64,000 bases of DNA from Malacoraja senta. Taxonomy: Eukaryota. The stretch is taken from NCBI GenBank assembly GCA_038087875.1, contig CM075991.1, forward strand, positions 9,426,001 to 9,490,000. Direction: 5' to 3'. The position numbers and the translations under genes were made by a program. Numbering within the stretch: the stretch's first letter is position 1; the number at the start of each line of letters is the position of its first letter. The notes under the pieces are model-generated. The model was not told where the DNA came from. It saw only the letters and a list, made by a program, of their open reading frames with translations, and made no database searches. Below are positions 1 through 10,406 of the stretch, piece after piece.

Positions 1-199
1 GGGGGGTGAAACATATGTTCTTGTGGGTAATGATGAGCTGGTGGGAAGAATTAGCTTGTCTGATCCTGGGGTGTATTTCTGGTCGTTCCTTTCCCTCCAC
101 TTTTATTTTATTTTTTCCTTCTTAACAGGGACTTTATTCAGTATTTCCATTTTACGGTGTGCCGGAAGGTACAAAGACATTTGTGGTCACATTACATCA

Positions 200-740
200 G
201 GCGATCATTATAATACAACAGTGCCATCTTTATCTACCATATGCTCGACTCATCCCCGTGGCGACCAGCGTTCATGGAAGGCCTCCAGAGTCCCCGTGGA
301 CACCGTGTGTTCCCTCTCCAGGGACACGCAGGCCGGACGTAGGCCCGGCAGCCGACTCTGGTGTGACCATCGACCGCCCGCTGCCTGGACCCGCGAATGG
401 CCATCTTGGCCAGGCTCAGGAGCAAACCGACAGGGAGCTCCCACACTCCCCATCGCCCCTCCCAACCTGCTGCCTTGTGCCCAAATACCAAAATCGTGGG
501 ACTAAAATCGATGCTCCATCAGATACTCTCACACTCCGTGTACATGTTGGGCACGGTCTCTTCCTCGCCGCAGAAGTTACAGGCGGCTGGCGAGTCCGTG
601 AACCGACTTAAATATCTGTCACATACCACACCTCTGTGCAACAGTCTCAACCCCAGGTCCCTGATGTAAAAGGGGAGGACACCCTTATAGAGAGACCTCC
701 ACTGGGGACTGCTCCCGCCCGCCCTTTCCCTCTACTGCGT
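200..740 (-). mobile_element. Tx1/L1-clade LINE ORF2 C-terminal fragment (zf-RVT region), degenerate
   Basis: Minus-strand translation gives PQWRSLYKGVLP..LLHRGVVCDRYLSRFTDSPAACNFCGEEETV..EC, then GLLLSLAKMAIRGSRQRAVDG and VSLEREHTVSTGTLEAFHERWSPRG in shifting frames. Typical Tx1-like ORF2 end with stops and frameshifts; boundaries approximate. Confidence 0.8.
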
Positions 741-1195
741 GTGTGGGGTATCCTTGCTTCCTGCAACTGCAGAGGAACTCAGTGCACACTGCCCTTTGAA
801 GAAAAGCTAGGGATATTTACATTTAAGAGGGATAAGGAGAAAGCTCATGGGGTATAGACATAATCAATATTTAATAGGTAGAAAGAAGCTGAATTCTAAT
901 AAATAATTTTATTACCAAGAGGCACAATTATTCATCTAGATAAGAACATGAGCAGATATAGGAGCAGGAGTCAATCATACAGCCCCTGGTGCAGCTATGC
1001 CATTCTATAAGATCTGATCTTGGTCTCAGCTCCACTACCTTGTCCGCATGTCACAAAGGTCTATCACTCTCTGCCTTGAATATATTGAACGATTCATTGC
1101 CCATGGCTTTCTGGAATGGAGGACTCCAAAGATTGGTGACCCTCAAAGATGAAACTCCTCCTTATCTCTCACTTAAAGGGCAGCTGGGTACCAGT

Positions 1196-1467
1196 GGGTG
1201 GCACGGTGGCGCAGTGGTAGAGTTGCTGCCATACAGCACCAGAGACATGGGTTCAATCCTGACAACGGGTGCTGCCTGTAGGGAGTTTGTACCTTCTCCC
1301 TGTGACTGCATGGGTTTCCTCCGGGTGCTCAGGTTTCCTCTGACATCCCAAAGACGTGCAGGTTTGTAGGTTTATTGGCTTCTGTAAATTGTCTCTCGTG
1401 TGTAGGATAGAACGAATGTACGGGTGATCAATGGTCTGCTCGGACTCAGTGGGCTGAAGGGCCTGTA
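1196..1467 (+). mobile_element. HE1-like tRNA-derived V-SINE
   Basis: Box A TGGCGCAGTGG, box B GGTTCAATCC, V-domain core and CR1-like tail; many similar copies in the window. Confidence 0.85.
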
Positions 1468-2127
1468 TCGACCGGAAACATCGCCTATTTCCTTCGCTCC
1501 ATAGATGCTGCCTCTCCCGCTGAGTTTCTCCAGAATTTTTGTCTACCTTCGATTTTTCCAGCATCTGCAGTTCTTTCTTAAACTATAATATTGAAGGCCA
1601 GTTTCAAAAAATGCCGTATCAAATTAACTCACGGAATTATATAGGCACAATCGCCGGCGTCATAAAAACCAATAATACTGGAAAGCCATTTCGTTCATTT
1701 CTTCATCCGGCTGGGCTAATCTCCTTTAATTCCACTTCAATTACACAGTGTGTTACTCTAAAACTCAATTAAAGAATACTAAATGTGAAGAAAAAGAGAG
1801 ATTTTCTCTACTACAACACAATTGCAGGGAATGGATCACAGGTACCCCTGTCATAACTGCACCCAGTCAGAACTAATGACTTTGGGATTCACTGCAGCCA
1901 GACAAGTATCAGAAGACACTCTGAACTCAAGATGAATAATATCGCTGGCCCCCAAAACGTGATATTTAGTAAGAAACATGGATCGCCCATTTCTTTGGGA
2001 TCAATGCCCAATTCTGGTCCCCATATTAAACAAAAAGCATACAGACAGTAGGAATTAACACAAAGAAAAAAGATTTTCAAAGATATTTGCAGAAATGTCA
2101 GGGAAGACTGAGTAGGTTTATCTATGG

Positions 2128-2338
2128 TACACAAAAATGCTGGAGAAACTCAGCGGGTGCAGCCGCATCTATGGAGCGAAGGAAATAGGTAACGTTTCGG
2201 GCCGAAACCCTTCTTCAGACGTTTCGGCCCGAAACGTTACCTATTTCCTTCGCTCCATAGATGCGGCTGCAACCGCTGAGTTTCTCCAGCATTTTTGTGT
2301 ACCTTCGATTTTCCAGCATCTGCAGTTCCTTCTTTAAC
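2128..2338. mobile_element. Mini Penelope-like element: inverted pair of pLTR ends with 14-bp target-site duplication
   Basis: The two arms are reverse complements; AGGTTTATCTATGG flanks at 2114-2127 and 2339-2352. Confidence 0.8.
2191..2218 (-). ncRNA. Minimal hammerhead ribozyme core (PLE-associated)
   Basis: Minus strand reads CUGAAGA-A-GGGUU-UC-GGCCC-GAAAC-GUU. Confidence 0.6.
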
Positions 2339-2369
2339 AGGTTTATCTATGGGCCTGTTCATTAGTTTC

Positions 2370-2655
2370 TGCCTTACAGCGGCAGAGGGCCGGGTTCGAT
2401 CCTGACCACAGGTGCTGTCTGTACGGAGTTTGCACGCTCTCCCCGGAACCTGGGTGGGTTTCCACCCAGGTGCTACGATATCCTCCAACGTTCCAAAGAC
2501 ATACTGGTTTGTAGGTTAATTGGCATGGTGAAATTATAAATTGTCCCTGGTGTGTGTAGGATAGCGTTAAAGTGCGGGGGTCGCTGGTCGGCGCGGACTT
2601 GGTGGGCCGAAGGGCCTGTTTTTGCGCTGTATCTCTAACACTAAAACTAAAACAA
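2370..2655 (+). mobile_element. HE1-like SINE (5' truncated)
   Basis: Box B GGTTCGATCC, core and CTAAAA-type tail. Confidence 0.85.
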
Positions 2656-2754
2656 ATAGGCCATTTAGACCATCAAGTCTTCAAGATAGACCATTCAATC
2701 ATGGCTGATGTATCTTTCCCTCTCAACCCCATTCTCCTGCCTTTTCCCCAGAAC

Positions 2755-2930
2755 CCCACGACAGAAGGGGGAGGAGTTGTACAGTTTGGTAGCCACAGGG
2801 GAAAAGGATCTCCTTTGGCGTTCTGTCCTGCATCTTGGTGGAACCAGTCTGTTGCTGAAGGTGCTCCTCAGGTTGACCAGTGTGTCATGGAGTGGGTGAG
2901 CTGTATTGTCCAGGAGGCTCCGCAGTACTG
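2755..2930 (-). mobile_element. Rex1/Babar-like LINE 3' coding end fragment
   Basis: Minus strand reads HPLHDTLVNLRSTFSNRLVPPRCRTERQRRSFSPVATKLYN; similar copy at 13972-14297. Confidence 0.7.
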
Positions 2931-3141
2931 AGTTCCCTCAGCAGCTGAGTGTTCTAACTACAGCCTGCACCAGGGGTTAGAAGAAAGATAGCCTCACATG
3001 GTCCAATACAACCACGAGATAGTGGCAAAGATTCATCTGTTTCACCCCTGTCCTTCAGCAGAGATCTGCTGTTTGTACATGGTTTCTCCTGTGCATGACT
3101 TCACCCCCCCCCCCTCTCAGGTTGCCTTTGATCTGTTTTTA

Positions 3142-3483
3142 GACAATAGGCAATAGGTGCAGGAGAAGGCCATTCGGCCCTTCGAATCAGCACCGCCATT
3201 CACTCTGATTATGGCTGATCATCCACAATCAGTACCCCGTTCCTGCCTTCTCCCCATATCCATTGAATCCGCTATCTTTAAGAGCTCTATCTAACTCTCT
3301 CTTGAAAGCATCCAGAGAATCGGCCTCCACTGCCCTCTGAGGCAAAGAATTCCACAGATTCACAACTCTCTGGGTGAAAACGTGTTTCCTCATCTCCGGT
3401 CCAAACGGCCTACCCCTTATTCTTAAACTGTGGCCCCTGGTTCTGCACTCCCCCAACATCGGGAACATGTTTCCTGCCTCTGG
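3142..3483 (-). mobile_element. CR1/HER1-like LINE 3' end
   Basis: ORF 3229-3468(-) RTRGHSLRIRGRPF..FTQRVVNLWNSLP is the CR1 ORF2 C-terminus, followed by 3'UTR and (CTATTGT)-type tail. Confidence 0.9.
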
Positions 3484-3496
3484 CGTAATCTGGTAT

Positions 3497-3795
3497 GGGG
3501 CGGCACGGTGGCGCAGCGCTAGAGTTGCTGCCTAACAGCGCCAGAGACCCGGGTTCGATCCTGACCACGGATGCTGTCTGTACGGAGTTTGTACGTTCTC
3601 CCCGTGGCCTGTGGGTTTTCTCCAGGTGCTCCGGTTTCCACCCACACTCCAACAATGTACAGGTTTGTAGGTTAATTGGATTGGGTAATGATTGTAAGTT
3701 GTCCCCAGTGTGTGTGTGTGGGATAGTGTTAGTGTGCGGGGATTGCTGGTCGGCGCGGACTCGATGATCCGGAGCCTGTTTCCACGCTGAATCTG
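3497..3795 (+). mobile_element. HE1-like SINE, full length
   Basis: GGGCGGCACGGTGGCGCAGC head, box B, core and tail. Confidence 0.9.
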
Positions 3796-5059
3796 TAATC
3801 TAGTTACATAGATAATTATGGGTGAACGTTGTATGCTGATATATGTCCACATCTCTTCAATTAATAACATCATCTTTACTAAAAGAATCATCAGTGCATG
3901 AAACTGTTGAGCAAGCAGTCTATTTTCCCATTATAATTACAACTATAAGTCTCATGAATGAACAAATTCTTTCCAGTAAGGGGCTGAACTTGGTAAGAGA
4001 CACTTACTCACTTTTTACTGACCAAGGTCATGTTCCAAATTGGACTGAAACACGGAATAGCCGAGTGGACGCGTTTGGAAAGCAATTAAATGCTGCAGTT
4101 TAAAGATGACAGGATTGTTCTCGGGATATCAAATGGATTGGAAGGCGTCATCATGATCTGAGGAGACCAGCTTACAAATATGTGCAAAAACACAAAGTGA
4201 TGGAGGAACTCAGCGGGCCAGGCAGCATCTCTGGCGGGAATGGTTAGGAGACATTTGCGGTTGGGACCCTTCTTGAAAAATCTTGAATGTGTCTTGGAAT
4301 GAACTCGTACAGTGGGACAGGGCTTTAAGGCAGCAACTCTAAGGCTGCGTCACCTGATATTTTGACATAGCAGCAAACAACCAACAAAAAATTAAAAAAA
4401 TGATTGTAATGGAAGCGGAGGGGGGAAGAAAGCTGGAAAAAAGATAGGGGCAGGATAAAGGGTTTCGGCTCGAAACGTTGCCTATTTCCTTCGCTCCATA
4501 GATGCTGCTGCACCCGCTGAGTTTCTCCAGCATTTTTGTCTACCAGGGAGCAGGATAAAGCTTGGCGAGTGATAGGTGGATGCAGCTGATGGGTTTGCAA
4601 GGCAAATGTATGAAAAGGAGACAAAAAGGTGTCACATGAGTGGAGGAAAGGAGTGAACTAAAGCTAGAGGGAGGAATATGTGGAAGGGAGCAGGGAAGGG
4701 GGGTGGGATAGTGGTAGAAATGGGTGGGACTTACAAGTGTGTGGGTTGGCACAATTCAGAAGGAAGTATGTAACAACAAGGATTTGCAGACCCTAAATGA
4801 TTGTTACTATCTATCTTATCTATTTCCCTCCTACTTTTATAAACCTATTCAAATAGAGTCCTGTGCTGAAATGTCATCTATCTATTCCCTCCACAGATAA
4901 CATCTCACCTGTTGAGTTCCTCCAGCACTTTGTGTTTTACTCGAGATTCCAGCAACTGCAGTTCCCTGTGTCACCACACAGTAACATCAGGTGGCCCACA
5001 CCCCAGCCAGGGTATGGAGACAAGAGGAAGGGGCTTGGATACACACCTGTTATTTTTTA

Positions 5060-5650
5060 ATTTAGTTTAGAGATGCAGCGTGGAAACAGGCCCTTCAGCC
5101 CACCGAGTCTGCGCCAACCAGCGATCACTATCCTACACACACAAGGGACAATTTACAATTTTACCAAGCCAATCAGCCTACAACCCTGTACGCCTTTGCA
5201 GTGTGGGAGAAAACCGGAGCGCCCGGAGAAAACCCCACGCAGGTCACGGGGAGAACATACAAACTCTGCACAGACATAGTAAGGATCGAACCCAGGTCTC
5301 TGGCGCTGTAATAGCCCTGTCCCACGGTACGAGTTCATTCCAAGAGCTCTCCCGAGTTTTTAAAAAATCACGGAGAATGAACGTAGCGGGTACGTCGGAG
5401 CTCGGGGACGTCTCTTAGCGGCTCGTAACGCTAACGGCAGGTACTCGGGAAGACTCGCTAACGGCAGGTAAGCACGGGAAGACTCGAAAAGATTTTTCAA
5501 CATGTTGAAAAATGTCCACGAGAGCCGCGAGTACCGACGAGCGGCCATTACCGTAAATCTCCGAGTTCGAATCAGGGCAAACACGGGAGAGCTCTTGGAA
5601 TGAACTAGTACAGTGGGACAGGGCTTTAAGGCAGCAACTCTAAGGCTGCG
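5060..5650 (-). mobile_element. HE1-like SINE interrupted by a MITE
   Basis: SINE sequence is continuous across the insertion (GGCGCTGTAA | GGCAGCAACTC). Confidence 0.85.
5312..5626. mobile_element. PIF/Harbinger-type MITE (family 1)
   Basis: ~40-bp TIRs starting AGCCCTGTCCCAC, TAA TSD at 5309-5311 and 5627-5629, internal CTAACGGCAGGTA subrepeats. Confidence 0.85.
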
Positions 5651-6114
5651 TCACCTGATATTTTGACATAACAGCAAACAACCAACAAAAAATTAAAAAA
5701 TGATCTTCAGTGCTTACCTGTTAACCAAGAGCCAATACCTTTCTGTTCATTGCTAAAGTTCAGCAGAAATCCAATGGCTTTGAAGACTGTTCAATAAAAA
5801 TGCATTGTTAAAGTATGGGAGGTTGGTCAATTTTGTTCTTGATTTAAAACCTTAATAGGGCGGCTGTAGCACAGAACTAACCATATTTTCACAGCGCTGA
5901 CATTTTGGTGGCTCAGCGACACCACTTTGATCGTTAACTTCAATTTTATGGCCTTAGATATCCAAGAAAAATAAAAAGGAGAGCAAACTTCGTTTAACAT
6001 TGCAAAATTTGAAAGAAAAATGATCATTTAATAAAAGGCAAAATATTTTTGGTGTGGCTGGAAACATGCTGAGGTATTACATTGAACAAAGAATGTATCC
6101 ATATCGAATAGACC

Positions 6115-7337
6115 ATACTCTTCATAGACTTCAGCTCTGCTTTTAATACAATCATTCCGCAGCAGCTGGTGGAGAAGTTGGAGCTATTGGGGGTTGATGC
6201 TGGCACATGTAACTGGGTCCTGAACTTTCTATCGCAACGGCAGCAGACAGTCAGGGTGGGCAGTAGGACATCAAAAACCATAGCCGTGAGCACTGGCTCG
6301 CCCCAAGGCTGTGTCCTAACCCCCTGCTGTTTAGTCTGCTAACACACGACTGTACTGCAAGACTCAACAACAACTTCATCAACAAGTTCGCTGATGACAC
6401 AACAGTGGTGGGTCTCATCAGTGACAATGATGAGTCGGCGTACAGGATTGGAGGTGGAGCTGCTCACAGGATGGTGCAAATCCCACAACCTCATTCTCAA
6501 CGTGGGAAAAACTAAGGAGATGGTGGTTGACTTCAGGAGGGCGGGAAAACAACACCATACACCTCTGCACATCGATGGAGCTGATGTGGAAAGGGTCAAC
6601 AGCGTGAAGTTCCCAGGACTCCACCTGTCAGATGACCTGACGTCCACGACCAACACCACAGCACTGGTCAAGAGAGCCCAGCAGCGACTACACCCTCTCC
6701 GAAGACTACGTAAAGCAGGTCTCCCCACTACACACCTACGAACTTTTTATAGGGGGACAATCGAGAGCACATTAACCTACAGCATCACTTCCTGGTTCGG
6801 GAGCTGCAAGGCGTACGAACGGCATCAACTAGACAGGATTGTGAAGACCGCCAGCAGGATTATTGGTGCTCCACTCCCTTTCCTGCTGGACATATACAGG
6901 AAGAGATGTATCAGCAGAGCCATCTCCATCATCAAAGACCCCTACCACCCATTGCATCACATATTCTCCATCCTGCCATCTGGGAAGAGGTACCGGAGCA
7001 TTAGGTGCAAAACCAGCAGGATGCTCCTCAGCTTCTTCCCGCAGGTTATAAGACTGATAAACTGACTTTGCCCCCTGCCAAAGTATCATGCACCAACCAC
7101 CAACCTGGACACACTGCAGCAGAGCCACTGTCGTGCCGCTGCCGATCGGAACGCCTGTTGATGTTTAGTAGAGTAGAGTGTTAATTTGTTCATGATATAT
7201 GTAATTTTACTTCTATTTATTTTTTACTGCACACTGAAATGGACACTGGTTGAGGAACGTTTTTTTGTTTCCTCTGGGTATGTGAATACTCAGGAAATGA
7301 CAATAAAGATATACAATACAATACAATACAATACAAT
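6115..7337 (+). mobile_element. Rex1/Babar-clade LINE, 5'-truncated RT with frameshifts
   Basis: [22 protein letters not shown] / [23 protein letters not shown] motifs. ORF 6394-7065 carries the C-terminal half (LNVGKTKEMVVDFRR..YRGTIESTLT..SFFPQVIRLIN). Ends in a (CAATA)n tail. Confidence 0.9.
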
Positions 7338-8494
7338 CTTATCTGTATTCCAGGGATTCACTTTTAACATTGATAAAAAATACATCTCTTGATGCTCCTG
7401 AACACATCATCAGTGATGTAACCTGGGATCATTGGGTGTTTCGGGTCTTTCAATATCAGACACCCTCACCCATGCGACCCAGCCGTGGTTGATCAGACCA
7501 CGACTGGATTCACTTTTAACAAAGGAGTACCAAAAAAAAAAATCCTTTCTAAGCATTTAGACGTTTTACAAAATGTAACAGGTTGAAATCTACAGATCTT
7601 GTGATTTATTTGAAGATAGACACAAAATGCGGGAGTATCTCAGCGGGACAGGCAGCATTGCTGGCTGGTCCACCTGGTGTTACTCTGGAGATCCAAGGAA
7701 CTACAGATGTTGGAATCCTGAGTAAAACTCAAAGTGCTGGAGGAACTCAGCTGGTGAGATGTTATCTGTGGAGGGAATAGATAGGTGGCATATCAGGTCA
7801 GGATCCCTATCCGATCCTGCCCGTCCCACTGAGTTACTCCAGCATTTAGTGTCTATCTTCTGTTTCAACCAGCATCTGCAGTTCCTTCTGACACACTTGT
7901 GATTTATTTGAATGTTTCCGGTGTAGTTTGACCTCAGTCGGTGGACATTAGATGTCATTGAGTCCCTCTGTGTCGGTGTTATTGTACGCTCAGACTATTG
8001 ACATGAGAAATGATGTACTTTGATTTTGGACTTCTGCCAACCTCAACTAGTCTGGCCCACGTGACTACCAACCCAGCAATTCTCTTTCTGAACTGCCACC
8101 TCAGTGCATGGGCATTTAGAAATAGGTGACATCCTATGAATGAGGTGGTTTTTTAAAACTAGGATATACACATTCCCTACACAAAGCACTATCTTGCACT
8201 TGATGAACTAAACATGTTAATGGATGAGATACAACTCGGGGATATTAGTGATGAATGTGCTACAATGGTTTATGACATTGCACCATTATTTTAACATTCA
8301 TTACAAGGAAGCGGAGTGGAGTGCCGTATGCCCACAGTGAGATGTGTGTTACTCATTTTCTGCAACATTATTTTAACTCTTAAGTGACTCGCAGGCAATT
8401 CTGTGAAAGTCAAAAGGTTTGTAAGGCTGTGTTCATGTTTCCACGTAGATATATATCTCAGCACAAGTCCTAGTATGAGGTGCTGATAAGTCCT

Positions 8495-8631
8495 TCTTCT
8501 TATTTCGTGTGGCGTGCACAGCCTAAAGTTGTAGGACAACTTGTTCTATTTGATCTTCCGTTTGTGCACGTCGAGTTGATTGCATTAGTCGAAACAGGGC
8601 GGGCCACGTGAAGGTTGCAATCTTCCTCCCC
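8495..8631 (-). mobile_element. Short retroposon family A (137 nt) starting with an HDV-like ribozyme
   Basis: 12-bp TSD CTGATAAGTCCT at 8483-8494 and 8632-8643, AAG-type 3' tail, second copy at 59704-59838. Confidence 0.85.
8578..8631 (-). ncRNA. HDV-like (CPEB3-type) ribozyme, minimal P4
   Basis: GGGGAGG-AA-GAUUGCA-ACC-UUCACGU-GGC-CCGCCCU-GU-UUCGA-CUAA-UGCAAUC: P1 with G1-U wobble, perfect 7-bp P2, P3/L3, J4/2 with catalytic-position C. Confidence 0.8.
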
Positions 8632-9217
8632 CTGATAAGTCCTGAATTGACCGAATTAAGTCCTATCGAACATTTCCCAGCCGAGGGATAAGGTCTCATT
8701 GAGATTCCAAAATTATTTAGGTGTTTCTACTTAAATGTTTAAATGCTTAAATATTTTCTAAAAAAAATTTAAAAATCGTTTAAAAAACTTTTTAGTTCAT
8801 TTTTAGTAGTTTTTAACTGTTTCAGAGATTCCCCCAGATGAGAAATCTGCTCTCAGGGACTAAATTAGGTCTGGCACAAGACTCGAAACTTCACCCATAC
8901 TTTTTCTCCGTAGATGCTGCCTGACCTGCTGAGTTACTCCAGCACTTTGCATCTTTTTTTTTGATAAACCAACATCTGCAGTTCCTAGTGTCTACGGAAT
9001 GGCTTTATTGTCTGTCAAAGACTCCCAGAAGGATAGATGTGTGACCTGTTCTGGATGCTCACACATCGGTTAGGTCCATGCTGCACTGCTCAGAGCCTCA
9101 TCACTTAGTCCGAAAACTTTCGGGGCCTTTAGCGTCAACCTTTAGTTTGGGAAATGATTGGGGGGATGTTTTGGGGGAGCGGGCTTTGTGGTTCTAGGTA
9201 GCTGGCCATATCGTTTG

Positions 9218-9411
9218 TCTTCTTACTTGTCCATCTTCCATGTTTCAAATGTTGACATCGCTGTCATCGTCCGTCCTGAAAAGGACGCAAGCTTCCGGCG
9301 ACAATCAGTGGGAGCCATCACTTGTCACAATAGATGATGGTGGTAGCAGAATTAGCTCAGGATACTTCCAGTTTCCCAGCCCCGCGACGTGGACGCTTCT
9401 GCTATGGGGCC
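9218..9411 (-). mobile_element. Short retroposon family B (~190 nt) starting with an HDV-like ribozyme
   Basis: Highly similar to 20537-20724; similarity ends at ribozyme +1; 3' end AAGTAAGAAGA. Confidence 0.75.
9345..9411 (-). ncRNA. HDV-like ribozyme closely resembling the CPEB3 ribozyme
   Basis: GGCCCC-AU-AGCAGAA-GCG-UCCACGU-CGC-GGGGCU-GG-GAAACUGGAAGUAUCCUGAG-CUAA-UUCUGCU: P1, P2 and P3 fully paired, P1.1 CC/GG available. Confidence 0.85.
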
Positions 9412-10223
9412 GCTGTATGGCTGAAAAATCAGGACCAAGAATCCTTTCCTTGATGAAAACAGGGGTGCTTCCACTCGCCCTTAAATCTTCTCTGGAATGC
9501 GATGAGGCAATGGATGGTTTGCATTTTCATTCCACTGGCTGACGGAGTGGGTGCAGGAGGTCGGACGAGGACACGCAACTGAGAGAATGAAGAGGGACCC
9601 AGTGTGGGAGGGGGGGGGGGGGCGAGCACAGAGGAACCCCTCATTGGGTGGGGGGGGGGAGCAAAAGAACCCGGAGTGGAGGGGGGGGGGGGGCAGCGAA
9701 AGAACAAAGAGTGACCCTTGGTGATGACATTGAACAGTTTGTAACTTTGTCGACTCCCTGCGCCTGGCTGTAAAAGTACTTCCTGTCTTTAACCTTGGAT
9801 GTCCTCATTCTAACAGCTCTGGGTGTGGAATCTCTCCAGGAATTACATCACTCCTCAATCATACATATATTCAAGATGGATACCGCAGGTAGAGACACAT
9901 TATTTATCTGGAATCACCAAACTAATGAGGATAAAAGCACAAAATGATCAAGGCAAGAGGTGACAAGGCTGTCAGTCTTAAAGAGAGGATTGGGATTGAT
10001 TACAGGCCAACTACAATTAGCGTACCGCTTGAAAGGCACTAAGTTTAAATCTGGCTCAATTAGTATTACTCGTGTCTATGAGTCAGAGTGCTGTTGGTTC
10101 AAGTCCCACTTCAGAGAGCTGCACACCAAATCTGTGATGGCACTTTGTTCAATGCTTTGTCTTTTGGATATGAAACTCTGTTAGGGGGTTCTAAAGGTCT
10201 ACAGCAGGTCTTCTGAAGAGTTA

Positions 10224-10401
10224 AGGGCCTGTCCCACTTGGGTGTCATTCGCGGGTCATTTACGCGTTATGACGCACGACCCGAGCATGGTGTGCATTAC
10301 GCGCGCATGGCACGTGGTGACATAAGCAGTGACACGCGGTCACAAAATCTTCGCGCGTCACCTGCGTGACGCGCAAATGACGCCCCAGTGGGACAGGCCC
10401 T
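10224..10401. mobile_element. PIF/Harbinger-type MITE (family 2)
   Basis: TIR AGGGCCTGTCCCACT, TTA TSD at 10221-10223 and 10402-10404. Confidence 0.85.
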
Positions 10402-10406
10402 TTACT

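Noticed and set aside
3497..3570. tRNA gene suggested by A/B boxes
   Set aside because: It is the tRNA-derived head of the SINE and continues into the SINE core; the same holds for all other copies.
5400..5490. CRISPR-like spaced repeats (CTAACGGCAGGTA)
   Set aside because: Only 2-3 internal subrepeats of a MITE in eukaryotic DNA; no spacer array or cas genes.
5718..5786. Possible minus-strand exon (AG/GT flanks, FKAIGFLLNFSNEQKGIGSWLT)
   Set aside because: Good splice-like flanks but no recognisable protein; such short open exons are expected by chance in 64 kb. Needs RNA-seq or tBLASTn.
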